From a virus, in IMG/VR virus record IMGVR_UViG_3300029319_000005, positions 83,377 to 147,376 of that record: a DNA stretch of 64,000 nucleotides; one strand, written 5' to 3'. Positions within the stretch are counted from its first letter, which is position 1, and each line of letters opens with the position of its first letter. Both the position numbers and the translations under genes were made by a program. Of this stretch, positions 21,160 to 32,032 are shown one piece after another. The notes under the pieces are model-generated. The model did not search any database. It saw only the letters and a list, made by a program, of their open reading frames with translations, and was not told where the DNA came from.

Positions 21160-21858
21160 TCACTTCCAATTAAAATATTTTATAGTCTGGTCTCCTAAAT
21201 TAAAGAACATATCGACGATACTAACATAGTGATCAAAGCCCTGCCACATTTGTGTATATTCAGGAAAATTATCTAAATCATAATAAGTTAATTTTATATT
21301 ATTCTTTTCAAACAAGCCTTCATCCATATACCCCTTTGCGGCAGGCCCAGTAAAATATTCATTCGCATCCATATCATTACACAAATTAATAAGTTTTTCA
21401 GTCTTCCCGCCCCTTATATCAAATTCTCTTGAATCTAAAATGCTTATATCTAGTTCTAAAAGACTAATACATCTTTGTAATAATACTCTATTAATATCCG
21501 ACAAGTAATCATAATTTTTTAGTTCTTTGAGATAAAGTTCTTCAAAGTAAACGGAATATTCTTTAAAGTATGGTGCTTTCCGATAATTCTCAGTTATTTT
21601 GTTCCAATGATTCAAAGACCAGTTATTATCTTTTACTTTCGCTTCGTTTATCTTTTGATGAAACTTGCCTTTAACATCAACTGGAATTGATAGCCAGGAT
21701 GGTCCGTTTGGAGTTATTATTTTATTTCTATTTCTCCAATCTCGCTTTGTATATTGGGCGTTATCATATAAGATAATATGAGTAGCCTTTTTCATGGTGG
21801 TAAAATAGCCTTTCCATGGTATATAATTTGATTGTGTTATGATTATTTTATTCGGCAT
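21160..21858 (-). CDS. WbqC-family protein
   Basis: QSNYIPWKGYF, DWRNRNKI, YFTGPAAKGY, SIVDMFFN. Confidence 0.9.
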   Translation of the reverse strand: MPNKIIITQSNYIPWKGYFTTMKKATHIILYDNAQYTKRDWRNRNKIITPNGPSWLSIPVDVKGKFHQKINEAKVKDNNWSLNHWNKITENYRKAPYFKEYSVYFEELYLKELKNYDYLSDINRVLLQRCISLLELDISILDSREFDIRGGKTEKLINLCNDMDANEYFTGPAAKGYMDEGLFEKNNIKLTYYDLDNFPEYTQMWQGFDHYVSIVDMFFNLGDQTIKYFNWK

Positions 21859-22594
21859 TGTTATTTCTATTAAGTCGGTATGTTCTAAAATCCATCACAC
21901 TTAGAAATTCATTACTCTCAAATCCTAAAAGTCTATTTAATCTATCATCTTGTGTTTTTTTTCTTAAACAGTGTGGATATTTTATTTGTTGTTTTATAAA
22001 TGGCAATGTAAACATATTATTTACACCGCATCTTGATTGATTTGTTTTATTGTCTCCGGCACTATGATAAACCATAGAATCAAACAAAATGACAGAGCCT
22101 GCCTCCACGCCGGGTGTTTCTTCATTATTATAAGAAGTTAATTTTTCAACCATATGGCTCCCTGGTATAAAAGAAGTCCCTCCATTGCTTTCATTATAGT
22201 CATCTAGGCAATAATACAAATTTATAGATAAAGGTCTAGACGATGTAAACTCTTGATATATGAGATCTCTGTGAAAAAAGCTTTGGTGGTGTTTTTTCAT
22301 GGGAGGTATGAAAATACCATTTTGCAAGCTTAATATCGCATGGTCTCCTAGAATATCTTCAACAATCTTCCGTGAAAAATCATTATAAAAAAGATATTGA
22401 AATTTTTGATCTTGCAAAAAAGGGGACCGAACTGTGTTGTCTTCTCCAATCTTTTTAAGGTTGTCTTCTCCAAAATCATCCTTTTGTTGTTCATATAAAT
22501 CAAGAATTCTATTTTTGTAGAAATCAACTTGAGACTTCTCCAAGACATCATGGAATACTTGAAATCCTTTTTCTTTAAAATCTTTATATTCCAT
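21848..22594 (-). CDS. PhyH-family 2OG-Fe(II) dioxygenase
   Basis: FHRD (HxD), NGGT..IPGSH, VYHSAGDN. Start re-called at MEYKDF. Confidence 0.8.
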   Translation of the reverse strand: MEYKDFKEKGFQVFHDVLEKSQVDFYKNRILDLYEQQKDDFGEDNLKKIGEDNTVRSPFLQDQKFQYLFYNDFSRKIVEDILGDHAILSLQNGIFIPPMKKHHQSFFHRDLIYQEFTSSRPLSINLYYCLDDYNESNGGTSFIPGSHMVEKLTSYNNEETPGVEAGSVILFDSMVYHSAGDNKTNQSRCGVNNMFTLPFIKQQIKYPHCLRKKTQDDRLNRLLGFESNEFLSVMDFRTYRLNRNNNAE

Positions 22595-23954
22595 GATTAT
22601 TAAAAAACTCTTCCCATTTGCCAACAAGCCTATCAGTATCCATTAGGCTCTTATAAGTCTCATACATATTAAAAGAAATTTGTCTTTTCTGTTTTTCACT
22701 ATAATTGGCAAACCTATACATCTCCTCTGCAAACCTTTTTGTATCATAAGCCGGTACAAGTGCACCGTTACTCTCATTAACAAAATCAGAGGCATTGCAG
22801 CTATCAAAAGAGATCACTGGCGTTGCCAAGGCAGCAGACTCATATGTTGTTCTTGGACCAGCATCTCCAATAGTAGTAGAACAACTTATGTCACTAGCCG
22901 ATAGGATAGTGTTATAGGTATCTTTATCTACATGGCCGGTGAAAACTACCGGTATGTTTAAGTCTTGTATCTGTGTCGCAACGTTTTTATCGCCCACTTG
23001 TGCACATACAAGCAATAGCATCTCATTGTACCTGTCTATCTTCATTAAGTGTTTTAATATTTTTAAAGAAGTTATAAAATATTCCATACCCTTTCTTTTT
23101 ATTGCTATGTCATGTGCTGCCCAGGTCATAATAAATTTTATATTTTCAACATTAATAGAGCTTTGATTTTCGATAGATTGTAAAATATTTTTTCTTTGCT
23201 CTACTTTAGTTTGCCACAAAATATCAAAATCATAGTCATAAAAAGAATTTTTTAAAGGTATAAGCACTTTTTCAACATCTTTAAAAATAAAACTTTGATT
23301 TGCCTCTTGATAAGAAAAATTATTTCCCACGTTCAATATAACCGCGTCTTGATTTCTTTTTACGAAATTTTTTGTACTGTTAAAGTTTGATATTAATAAT
23401 TCCTCACTACCGCTCGCTTTCCCAAATAAGTCAGGACAAGGCGAGCGACATCCCTCTTTAGTTTTGAATTTATCACAATTATGCTCACTCGGATATGAGC
23501 AGCCGCCTGTCCATGTATTATTAACAGCAGATAAAATAATAACTTTAGATTTAAAGTGCTTTAAAACTAGTTCTAAAATCGGCAAATTAATATCTGCTTT
23601 ATCGGCAAGAGCAATAAATTTGTGATCCGGCAAATTTTTTATCAAAATATCAGCAGCGCGTTTTATATATTGTTCATGATCATCTTTTACATTTAAATAA
23701 ATAAAATCATGATTAATTTGTTGCGCTAAGCGCATATTATCACCTAAAAGACTAACATCAAAAACATCAATATTGTTTTTATATAGACTTTCTAATGTAT
23801 TTACAAAAATAGATTTTATTTTTAAATTATTTCTAAAAAAATCAAACATTTGAAAAAGTCCATGATTAGGCTTGCCTTCATTGTGATCAAATGCACTAAA
23901 AAATATAACATCGATATTTTTTAAATTTTTAAGTTCCTTGTTATCCAGATTCAT
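22584..23954 (-). CDS. glycosyltransferase (GT4/WcaC-like)
   Basis: TGGCSY, RKGM, DAGPRTTYESAALATPVI. Confidence 0.75.
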   Translation of the reverse strand: MNLDNKELKNLKNIDVIFFSAFDHNEGKPNHGLFQMFDFFRNNLKIKSIFVNTLESLYKNNIDVFDVSLLGDNMRLAQQINHDFIYLNVKDDHEQYIKRAADILIKNLPDHKFIALADKADINLPILELVLKHFKSKVIILSAVNNTWTGGCSYPSEHNCDKFKTKEGCRSPCPDLFGKASGSEELLISNFNSTKNFVKRNQDAVILNVGNNFSYQEANQSFIFKDVEKVLIPLKNSFYDYDFDILWQTKVEQRKNILQSIENQSSINVENIKFIMTWAAHDIAIKRKGMEYFITSLKILKHLMKIDRYNEMLLLVCAQVGDKNVATQIQDLNIPVVFTGHVDKDTYNTILSASDISCSTTIGDAGPRTTYESAALATPVISFDSCNASDFVNESNGALVPAYDTKRFAEEMYRFANYSEKQKRQISFNMYETYKSLMDTDRLVGKWEEFFNNHGI

Positions 23955-24339
23955 GTTCTTTTTCCAAGATGTAGTATTTTTTCTTAAAACCGGCTTTTTC
24001 GAACAACCTCACGCTAGCCTCGTTATCCAACTTGACTTTTGCCAAGGCGTTTGGATGTCTTTTCATAAGTTCATTGATCATAAAGATGGCCACCCCTCTT
24101 TTCTGGTAGTCGGGATGTGTGGCTACTCTTATATCATTGTCAATTACTCCGGCATACCCAGCAGGCTTATTGCTTATCAAGCAAATATAAAACTTATCCC
24201 CATGCAACTTCATATATTTTTCATGATCTTTCTTAGTTATCTCTTCCTGTTGAATAAACCCTTTTTTAACCTCTTCATGGTTTCTTAAGTTTCTAATAAA
24301 TTCCCAAAATGTTTTATTGTTTAAAACAAACTCTTTCAT
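23941..24339 (-). CDS. GNAT acetyltransferase
   Basis: HPDYQKRGVA, NEASVRLFEKAGF. Confidence 0.85.
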   Translation of the reverse strand: MKEFVLNNKTFWEFIRNLRNHEEVKKGFIQQEEITKKDHEKYMKLHGDKFYICLISNKPAGYAGVIDNDIRVATHPDYQKRGVAIFMINELMKRHPNALAKVKLDNEASVRLFEKAGFKKKYYILEKEHESG

Positions 24340-24346
24340 ACTTTTC

Positions 24347-25123
24347 CTAAGAACAACTTTTAATTAAGTCCGGATGAAAAACACTATGGTGATATGCTCT
24401 TAGATAATCCCTTGAAAGTTCCATGCCCATATAGGGGTGTAAAGTAGTACCAACATCAATATAGGTGTTATTATGATTATACTTAAAAAGTTCGTAAATT
24501 AAAACCTCACTTAAGCTACTTGCAGAAAATAGAAAAATGTGATTTTCTATTTTATTATCGTTTATATAACTCTTTATCTCATCGAGCACATCATGATCAT
24601 TTACAATACAATTTTTACCAACTCTAAAGTCTTTTTGCACTTGAAATGGCAACTTGCTTAAATCAGCGTTCTCGTTACATATCATTACCACTTTATGATT
24701 AGAAAACTCCGGGATGAAATGATTTACAAACATGGGGTAATTAGAGTTGACCAGCAGATTAGCTGACATAGCGTGCTCGTCGTCAGAGCCGTACAAGTCT
24801 CTCATCCAAGGCTTAAATTCTCTAGAGGCACAAGTGCAATTTCTACAAATACCGCCAACAAAGTAATTATCTTTCTTATATTTGTATGCCTCTATTAATT
24901 TATCAGTTAAAAACTTATCTCTTTTAGGATCAAACTCCTTATGATCATTTTCAGAATATCCAAAATTATAAACCGTTTCTCCCAATATAACTTTATCACT
25001 ACCGAGAACCAAAAGTTTTCCTTGCATGATAGCTATTTCCCCATCTGAAAATCTGCTAAAAGCAAAGCTTTCCCCGTTTTGCAGTTTATGCAAAAGCTTG
25101 TAAAAATCTTTTTTAAAATCCAT
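24347..25123 (-). CDS. GT-D-fold-like glycosyltransferase
   Basis: FSRFSDGE and YIDVG motifs. Confidence 0.6.
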   Translation of the reverse strand: MDFKKDFYKLLHKLQNGESFAFSRFSDGEIAIMQGKLLVLGSDKVILGETVYNFGYSENDHKEFDPKRDKFLTDKLIEAYKYKKDNYFVGGICRNCTCASREFKPWMRDLYGSDDEHAMSANLLVNSNYPMFVNHFIPEFSNHKVVMICNENADLSKLPFQVQKDFRVGKNCIVNDHDVLDEIKSYINDNKIENHIFLFSASSLSEVLIYELFKYNHNNTYIDVGTTLHPYMGMELSRDYLRAYHHSVFHPDLIKSCS

Positions 25124-26117
25124 GTTTTTCCTTCAATATTTTACATATTTTTTCAGCAGACTTGCCGTCTCCATACGGACACTCTTCTTTTTCATCCGGA
25201 ATATGATCTTCATCCACCCACTCTACAAGGCCAGGTAAATCGTCCACCCCCATACACAAAAAAGCAAAAGTCCCCATACCTTCGATTCTTTCTGTCGTTT
25301 CTCTACAAACGATACACTTTTTTCTAAAGAAGGACGATTCTTCCTGTAGCCCTCCGCTGTCGGTGATTACAAACTTACAAGAAGCTAAAAGTTCAATAAA
25401 TTCGCCATACTCCATTGGCCTCACAACATTTACATGATGCAATAAATCTTTATGTTTATAAACATTAGGATTTGGATGGATCGGCAATATAAACTCTAGA
25501 TGCTTATTCTTTTTTGCGATTTCATCAAGCTTGCGAAACCACTGCGGGATTAAATTGTGATTTTCTCGACGATGCATTGTTATAACAACTTTATTTGTAT
25601 ATTCGGCTTTTATATCTACAATATTATCCAAAACAGTGTTACCAACAACATATGAACTGCCTCGTACTCTTTCTGCTTTTAGGTTTCTTTCTGCTCCCTC
25701 CGTTGGGCACAGGTTTATGTCTGACATCCTTGATATTGCCTGTCTATTAAACTCTTCCGGATAAGGGTTTAGCATATCATAAGTTCTAAGCCCTGCTTCA
25801 AGATGAATTATTTTTATTTTTCTATGAAACGCCGCCAAAGCAACAGAAAAAGCAGAGGTTGTGTCTCCTTGAATTAACACCGCGCTAACTCCATCAAAGA
25901 TGTGGTCGTTGTTCATTACAGATGATACAATTGAGTCTAGGCGACTATCTCCATCTATAATTTCAAGCCTGCTGACGTCTTCTTCTATTGAAGATAAGAG
26001 ATCTGTATGTTGTCCCGTCAAAAGCAACTTATAATCGATATCTTGTTTAGAAAAGGCGTTTAATAATGGTTTTATTTTTATATATTCAGGTCTTGTGCCA
26101 AAGCTTATAAGTATCAT
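25113..26117 (-). CDS. wecB: UDP-N-acetylglucosamine 2-epimerase (non-hydrolysing)
   Basis: GTRPEYIK, TGQH, QGDT, HLEAGLR, PEEFNR, HRREN, TDSGGLQEE. Start re-called at 26117. Confidence 0.9.
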   Translation of the reverse strand: MILISFGTRPEYIKIKPLLNAFSKQDIDYKLLLTGQHTDLLSSIEEDVSRLEIIDGDSRLDSIVSSVMNNDHIFDGVSAVLIQGDTTSAFSVALAAFHRKIKIIHLEAGLRTYDMLNPYPEEFNRQAISRMSDINLCPTEGAERNLKAERVRGSSYVVGNTVLDNIVDIKAEYTNKVVITMHRRENHNLIPQWFRKLDEIAKKNKHLEFILPIHPNPNVYKHKDLLHHVNVVRPMEYGEFIELLASCKFVITDSGGLQEESSFFRKKCIVCRETTERIEGMGTFAFLCMGVDDLPGLVEWVDEDHIPDEKEECPYGDGKSAEKICKILKEKHGF

Positions 26118-27739
26118 ATTTTTACTCCTCGAACTGTTTCCCAACCATTCTTTATACCATGTATAACACACATATCTCTTTCACTAAAGAATTGTTGATG
26201 AGTTGTCTCATTATTATTTGATGTTGCCTTAGAATCAATACCTAACTCGTTACCAAGCGTAGACCCATGCATCTCTTTATTATCAGGAGGGTGTGGAGGA
26301 CAGAAAGTTTTTATACCTCCATATGTTTTAGCAGAGTAGGCAAACTGTATATCTTCTCCGTTGTCCCAGGTCGGGGGCTTCTCTTTCCAAAGATATTGAA
26401 GCCATTCTCTTTTAAAAAACCAAGCATGCCCTACCAAATCAACCTCTTCCGTCTCCGGGTTTTGCGTCGGCCAGCCACATCGATCATGTTTGACGTAATG
26501 ATAATCATTCAAAATTATACCAGCGCTACCTAGAATACCCTCGTGTGTTTCCATGGTGTCTAAGCAATTTTTAAACCACAGGTTCCCTGGTATGGTGTCG
26601 TCATCAAAAATTGCAATATATTCCGTATCAGCCAACAAAGCTCCAGCAAAACGTCCATAAAACTTCCAATTATGATTATTGTGAAATATTTTGTCTAGCC
26701 CAAGCTCAGAATAATCAAAATCATGATTATCTTCATGATCATTTACCCAAAGCCATATTTCTTTACATCCTACGATTTGACTTCTTATAGCCTCTATTTG
26801 TCTCTTTAAATTATATGGTCTTCTATATGAGTTCAATATAACTGTTATATCCGCAATATTCGAAGACCTTTCTTTTTTGAAAAAATTAATCCCCTCTGTA
26901 CCCGCCACAACAGACGCTACCGTATCAATGATCTCTTCCCTTTTAGATTCAACAAAATTTAGAAGCTCCTCTCCTTCTAGCTTCCCAAACCACTCCTCCG
27001 AAGTACATCCGTTATTCCCGTTTGTTACAAGCTTGCATCCAAGAATCCTGGCCTCTACAGCTAACCTACAAAAGGTTTCCAGAACCTGCGAAAAAAAGAC
27101 TAGGCTTTTAAATTCAGCCAGTTGTGGGATCAAATCTTCAAAAGAGCACGGCTGGATTAACTCATAGGGGTTGTTTAATTTTCTACAGAACGCCTCTGCC
27201 TGTCGCGTCCCTTTAACGGCATTTGTAGAAGCAATAATTGCTTTGTTTCTTTTCTTATCTTTGTTTAAGTTTTCTCTAAGTACACGAATATGGTTGTCAG
27301 ACCACATGCTACAACCCAAATTAACAACATTGTTTATAAGTAAGTTTTTATTAACAACTTCGGAATGTATCTTAGATTGACAAAAGACAGCCTTTGCTCT
27401 TTTATAAAATTCCTTGTTTATAATTTGATCTTCAGTAGCCAAATAGTTAGGAAATAGAGAAGGGTCTCTAGTCTTTAGATATTTGTGATCATGTTCAAAT
27501 ATCACATATTCTTTCTGATGAAGCGCAGATAGAGAGGCGGAGTCTAAAGCTACGAAATTAGCAACAATAAAAAAATCATTACTTTGTTTAATAAAATCCT
27601 CTGTGACTTCTTGGCTTTTTAGCTTACGAACACTAAAACCTCTATTCTTGAGACCATCGATTAAAACTTCATTAACGAGTTCTCCGCCACCAGGAACTTC
27701 ATTAGCATAAAAGTCCGCTATAAAGATTATAGTTCTCAT
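26114..27739 (-). CDS. fused glycosyltransferase (GT-B-like N-terminus plus GT2-like C-terminus)
   Basis: GGGE, ETFCRLAVEARILG, then LNSYRRP, FDDDTIP, GEDI. Confidence 0.7.
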   Translation of the reverse strand: MRTIIFIADFYANEVPGGGELVNEVLIDGLKNRGFSVRKLKSQEVTEDFIKQSNDFFIVANFVALDSASLSALHQKEYVIFEHDHKYLKTRDPSLFPNYLATEDQIINKEFYKRAKAVFCQSKIHSEVVNKNLLINNVVNLGCSMWSDNHIRVLRENLNKDKKRNKAIIASTNAVKGTRQAEAFCRKLNNPYELIQPCSFEDLIPQLAEFKSLVFFSQVLETFCRLAVEARILGCKLVTNGNNGCTSEEWFGKLEGEELLNFVESKREEIIDTVASVVAGTEGINFFKKERSSNIADITVILNSYRRPYNLKRQIEAIRSQIVGCKEIWLWVNDHEDNHDFDYSELGLDKIFHNNHNWKFYGRFAGALLADTEYIAIFDDDTIPGNLWFKNCLDTMETHEGILGSAGIILNDYHYVKHDRCGWPTQNPETEEVDLVGHAWFFKREWLQYLWKEKPPTWDNGEDIQFAYSAKTYGGIKTFCPPHPPDNKEMHGSTLGNELGIDSKATSNNNETTHQQFFSERDMCVIHGIKNGWETVRGVKI

Positions 27740-28992
27740 CCAAATACCTGCACATCTTCTTCCTTCTCTTGTGGTATTGCATCAAGAATTGCATCAGACA
27801 TCTTTTTGTACATTTTCTCCTCTTCAAATTCTTCAGCAATCCAGCTTTGTAGATTCTTTGCTTGTTTTTTAAATCTAGAGTGATCTTTGAAAATGTCTCT
27901 TAGTTTGTTTTTATACGACTTCGGGTCTGGGTAGCACCAGGCAGTTTGTTCTTCTATAACCCCTTCCCATCTAGCCTCTGGCTGGACTTGTCCTAGTTCA
28001 TAGTCAACTTTAGCAAACATGGCTTTTTTCTTAACTTTGCCTTTTTTGTTTTCAACAGGCATGTATAAGAAATCAAGATGCCCGCTCCAGTCTGGTGCCA
28101 AAACCGGGAGTCCTGCCTGTGCAGCTTCGAACAGCGGCAAACCAAATCCTTCTCCGTGTGCAAGATTGATTATAGCTTTTATTTTGTTATTCCTGTATAA
28201 GCCATGTATCTCCTCATCGTGCAGACCTCCGTGCAATAGATATACGCTGCATTTTCTATCCGGGTATCCTTGTAATATTGTTCTTATCTTTTGTTCGCAA
28301 TTGTACCTATCGTATACACAATTTTTTGCAAGATTCGCCTTAACAACAAGACCTACTTCATCATTAGCAAATTCTTCCACAAACCACTTGATTGTGTTGT
28401 CTAAATTTTTTCTGGGCGACCATTGGGCCACACAAAGAAAATTAAAATCATTTGCAAGCTCTAGATTTAGATCGACTGGCTGCAACTCTTTGGCGGGGTA
28501 GTTTACAACCTCTATTGGTTTTGTACACTTAAAGTCGTTTCGAATCACTTCTCCGCCAGGACCATGAACAGTGCAAACTGTTCTAAGAAAGCCTTCTTTT
28601 GCGTGCTCAGAAGTTACAATGATTTTATCAATAACCTCTTCTGTCTTTTGAATCCACGAAGGTGACACCATGTTTGTTTCTATACCGGCTGTTATTCCAA
28701 TATTTGTCTTTGCTATTCTTTCCCATTCATTAGGAATTGTTACTTGTAAAGAAATATCAAATTGCGCATTGTCTTGCTGTACAGCATGTATAGTCTTATG
28801 AATTAAAAAATCTATCCACTTTCTTTCTTCTGTATCTTCCGGTGTGACACCGGTTGCTCCCCAGTTAATGTTTATTACATGAATATCAAAAATATCCTCT
28901 CGTCTTTTCAAAGATCTTAAAACAAACCTAGCATGCTCCCCATAGCCAGACCTAGAAAGCACAGGAGCTTTTAGTACAATTTTATATCTCAT
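27736..28992 (-). CDS. GT4 glycosyltransferase
   Basis: SGYGEHAR, RKN, GEGFGLPLFEA. Start re-called at MRYKIV. Confidence 0.8.
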   Translation of the reverse strand: MRYKIVLKAPVLSRSGYGEHARFVLRSLKRREDIFDIHVININWGATGVTPEDTEERKWIDFLIHKTIHAVQQDNAQFDISLQVTIPNEWERIAKTNIGITAGIETNMVSPSWIQKTEEVIDKIIVTSEHAKEGFLRTVCTVHGPGGEVIRNDFKCTKPIEVVNYPAKELQPVDLNLELANDFNFLCVAQWSPRKNLDNTIKWFVEEFANDEVGLVVKANLAKNCVYDRYNCEQKIRTILQGYPDRKCSVYLLHGGLHDEEIHGLYRNNKIKAIINLAHGEGFGLPLFEAAQAGLPVLAPDWSGHLDFLYMPVENKKGKVKKKAMFAKVDYELGQVQPEARWEGVIEEQTAWCYPDPKSYKNKLRDIFKDHSRFKKQAKNLQSWIAEEFEEEKMYKKMSDAILDAIPQEKEEDVQVFG

Positions 28993-30236
28993 CTCATCTC
29001 CTTTAGAGACCAACGGTTATGCTTCTTTCTGCTTTCCCAAGACCCATGTTCATTATGAATTTTATCCATAAGGTCCACCCATTGCTTGCCATAGTTTTCA
29101 AAATTATAATTATTCAAAATATATTCGCGACCAGCTTTCCCCATCTTCTTTCTTTCTTCATCAGTTTTGTTATACATATCAAGCAGTGCTTGTACTACGT
29201 CTTCTTGAGAAACTCTATCCTCACGTATATAAGGTACCTGCAAAGAGCCAATAACTGAGGATGCCGCCGGATTAAGACCAATTCCAAACCAATTCTCTCC
29301 GTCCGTCACTTGCTCTTGAAGACCGCCCGTCATCGTAACAATAATCGGTGTCTCACAGGATAAAGATTCCATCGTACCAAGGCCAAACCCCTCAGCGTCA
29401 GCTATATTTATTGTACAATCGGCGGCATTATATAATAATGATAAGATTTCTGGGGGGTGTTTTTGTGTTGAGAAAACCACTTCACGATTTGTCAACCCAA
29501 GCTCTTCAACAATCGCTCCTAAATCTTGGCCGTGGGGGTCTCTAATATCGGTGTGCATTATAAGCCTAGCGTTCTCCTTACCAACAACTTTTAAAAATTC
29601 ATTAAACCACCATATAAGAGTGCCGCTTTGTTTTCTTCTCGCATTTCTATTGTTCCAAAAAACTGTGAACTTTCCATCATCTAAAGAATGCTGCTTTTTA
29701 AACTCGGCTAAAGCTTGATCATCTGCTTTAGAAAAAATGTCATTATTGACCGCATGAGGTATGTAGTAGCTCTCTACGCTAGGCGCAACCGTTTTAACAA
29801 TGTCGTCAGTGACTTTAGAAATGCTAACAACAACATCACAGGATTCATAGTGACGCTTATTGAATTTGGGATAAGGGTAATTGTCCCAAACATGATAATA
29901 TACCATTGGTATTAAAGGCCGAATCTCATTTTCTATATCCCATAACCACTCATAAAACCTCGGATCAGTCATAAACCACAATATATCTGGCTTATGAGTC
30001 CTTATAATTGATCTAACGCTATCATGATTTCCATACCCGTCGACTGGGAAAATCAGAACGTCGTCTCCGTATTTGATCGGTTCATAACTGTGATGCTTTA
30101 CTGCCCCTCCAAAGCAAACAAACTCATATCTGCCCGTCTTTAGCAGAGCATCAACCATGTATTTTGTCTGAGTGCCTACTCCAGACGGCGACAAAATCAT
30201 ATCGCTAAGTATAAAGACTTTCGTTTTCTTATTCAC
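28989..30236 (-). CDS. GT4 glycosyltransferase
   Basis: SGVG, NRNARRK, EGFGLGTMES, TGGLQEQ. Confidence 0.8.
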   Translation of the reverse strand: MNKKTKVFILSDMILSPSGVGTQTKYMVDALLKTGRYEFVCFGGAVKHHSYEPIKYGDDVLIFPVDGYGNHDSVRSIIRTHKPDILWFMTDPRFYEWLWDIENEIRPLIPMVYYHVWDNYPYPKFNKRHYESCDVVVSISKVTDDIVKTVAPSVESYYIPHAVNNDIFSKADDQALAEFKKQHSLDDGKFTVFWNNRNARRKQSGTLIWWFNEFLKVVGKENARLIMHTDIRDPHGQDLGAIVEELGLTNREVVFSTQKHPPEILSLLYNAADCTINIADAEGFGLGTMESLSCETPIIVTMTGGLQEQVTDGENWFGIGLNPAASSVIGSLQVPYIREDRVSQEDVVQALLDMYNKTDEERKKMGKAGREYILNNYNFENYGKQWVDLMDKIHNEHGSWESRKKHNRWSLKEMR

Positions 30237-30245
30237 ACTTTCCTC

Positions 30246-31025
30246 TTATGTGCAGTGTTCTGTCTTATAAAACTCACAGACAAATCCACTTGTACAAGCA
30301 AGCCTATTTTTGACGTGGTTTTCTTTAAGTATATTATGCACTGTATTATTCAACATTTTAAGAGCATTCTCTGTTTTTTTATTTCCGCTAGTTACACGAA
30401 AAATTTCAACTTTATTATCTTTTGCCGTTCTTTTTAACAGACCAAAGTAAGTCTCAATCATAGATGGATCTATATTATGCTTCTGTGCATAATATTTTTT
30501 GTATAAAGTCAGTTGGTAAGTAGTCATTTTGTCCGACTTCTTTTTAGCATCCCAACCCCAACTACAAGTTTTCCAATCTAAAATATGATGTTTTCCATCT
30601 TCAGTTTTTATAACTAAATCAATGTAGCCTTTAAATATTTGACTATCAAAGTTTTCCATACTTTCATAAAGACCCTCTTCGGTAGAAACAACTTCAAAGT
30701 TGCCAAAATAGCTCTCTAGAGCAGGAACCGCCCCTTCGGCTAAATCAGGCCCTTCTCGATACATACTATCAATTAAATCTTGATTTAGGTTTTCTTTTGT
30801 AGCTTCTGGTAGTTTGGCTAGTTCGTTTGCGAAAGCTTCACGAAAATGTTTTGCTTTGTCAAAAGTGTCAGAAACAACAGAATTTTCACAAACAGAATGA
30901 ATAGCGGTTCCAAATGCAGTATGTTCGCTTCCTTGAAAGTCATAAACTTTATCTAAATACTTAAGCTTATGTTTATAAGGGCACTCGTTCCAAATTCGAA
31001 ACTCAGAATATGATATGTGAGACAT
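30246..31025 (-). CDS. PD-(D/E)XK nuclease (RecB/Cas4-like)
   Basis: SYS..CP, FGTAIH, KGYIDL..ILDWKT, QLTLY, C-terminal Cys. Confidence 0.85.
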   Translation of the reverse strand: MSHISYSEFRIWNECPYKHKLKYLDKVYDFQGSEHTAFGTAIHSVCENSVVSDTFDKAKHFREAFANELAKLPEATKENLNQDLIDSMYREGPDLAEGAVPALESYFGNFEVVSTEEGLYESMENFDSQIFKGYIDLVIKTEDGKHHILDWKTCSWGWDAKKKSDKMTTYQLTLYKKYYAQKHNIDPSMIETYFGLLKRTAKDNKVEIFRVTSGNKKTENALKMLNNTVHNILKENHVKNRLACTSGFVCEFYKTEHCT

Positions 31026-31035
31026 TTTACCTCTT

Positions 31036-31353
31036 TTAAGATTTTTTAGTATTATCTAAACGCTTTACTTTAACACTATTATTACTCTTTTTCAAGGATT
31101 TGTTTTTGGTAGAAAATACCCAAGTCACATCTTGATCCGAGTACTTGTTTCTTACATGTCCCTCTTGTACAACTGCTTTAATCTTATGTCCGCTCTCTGC
31201 TAGCCAACTAATCACATCTTGAGTTGAGATCCAAACCAAGGCATCTGTGTTTCTATTTTTATATACAGGGGCGATGACTCTAACCTCTATTGTTCCATTG
31301 CTTTTATTTAATTGAGCGTTGTTTTTTAAATACTCAGAACTTTCCTGTTTCAT
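31036..31353 (-). CDS. hypothetical protein
   Basis: 105-aa ORF in operon with GGAGG SD. Confidence 0.55.
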   Translation of the reverse strand: MKQESSEYLKNNAQLNKSNGTIEVRVIAPVYKNRNTDALVWISTQDVISWLAESGHKIKAVVQEGHVRNKYSDQDVTWVFSTKNKSLKKSNNSVKVKRLDNTKKS

Positions 31354-32032
31354 TATTTTCCTCCATGTTATTTAAGTTATTAACTTTATTATATAATTTT
31401 GGACTTATTTCTGCCAAGGCTCTTCTATCTCCTAAATAGTATTCCTCGAACCCACTAGCAAAATATTCTCTTAAAGATGTGACAGGATAGGGTGATATAA
31501 ATAAACCTAATACAAAGTTGTTTAATTTAGCATAGCCCACTTCTTCATAAAAGAACTCGTCTAGATCCCTGACATACTCTGTATTTAAAAAATTATGGGG
31601 GGATATATTATAACCATGAGATCCAAGAATTCTACGCAAAGTGTTTCTCTTAGCTAAAAATTCTCCACGAATTTGATCGTCTCCGTAAACATCTTGGTTA
31701 TAGTTTTCCTCCACCAAATGAGCTATTTCATGAACAAGGTCATCCAGCATGTCCAAATTGTCATCCTGCTCATTCGTTAAATATATAGCACCAGAATCAT
31801 ACATCGCATTGACATCTCTATCTCTAAGATGATCAAAATCACCAATATATACAACATCCAAATTTCTAGTAAAGTTTGCTGGAATGATTGTCTCTAATTC
31901 TTTTAAGACTTGTCTTAAATCAATATCCTCTGGGAGGGGGTCCTTCACGAAGACGTCCACATCTCCAAAAATTACAAGATGCTCCTGCCTCTTCCTGGCT
32001 CTTTTGCTACTCTCCAGAATGTAGTGTTTCAT
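31334..32032 (-). CDS. zincin-type metalloprotease (HExxH)
   Basis: LVHEIAH with downstream REYFASGFE glutamate ligand motif. Confidence 0.65.
   Translation of the reverse strand: MKHYILESSKRARKRQEHLVIFGDVDVFVKDPLPEDIDLRQVLKELETIIPANFTRNLDVVYIGDFDHLRDRDVNAMYDSGAIYLTNEQDDNLDMLDDLVHEIAHLVEENYNQDVYGDDQIRGEFLAKRNTLRRILGSHGYNISPHNFLNTEYVRDLDEFFYEEVGYAKLNNFVLGLFISPYPVTSLREYFASGFEEYYLGDRRALAEISPKLYNKVNNLNNMEENNETGKF

Noticed and set aside
13786-30236. Window as a bacterial chromosome O-antigen locus
   Set aside because: Flanked by baseplate and phage sigma genes, shares the phage promoter context, and lacks flippase/polymerase genes.
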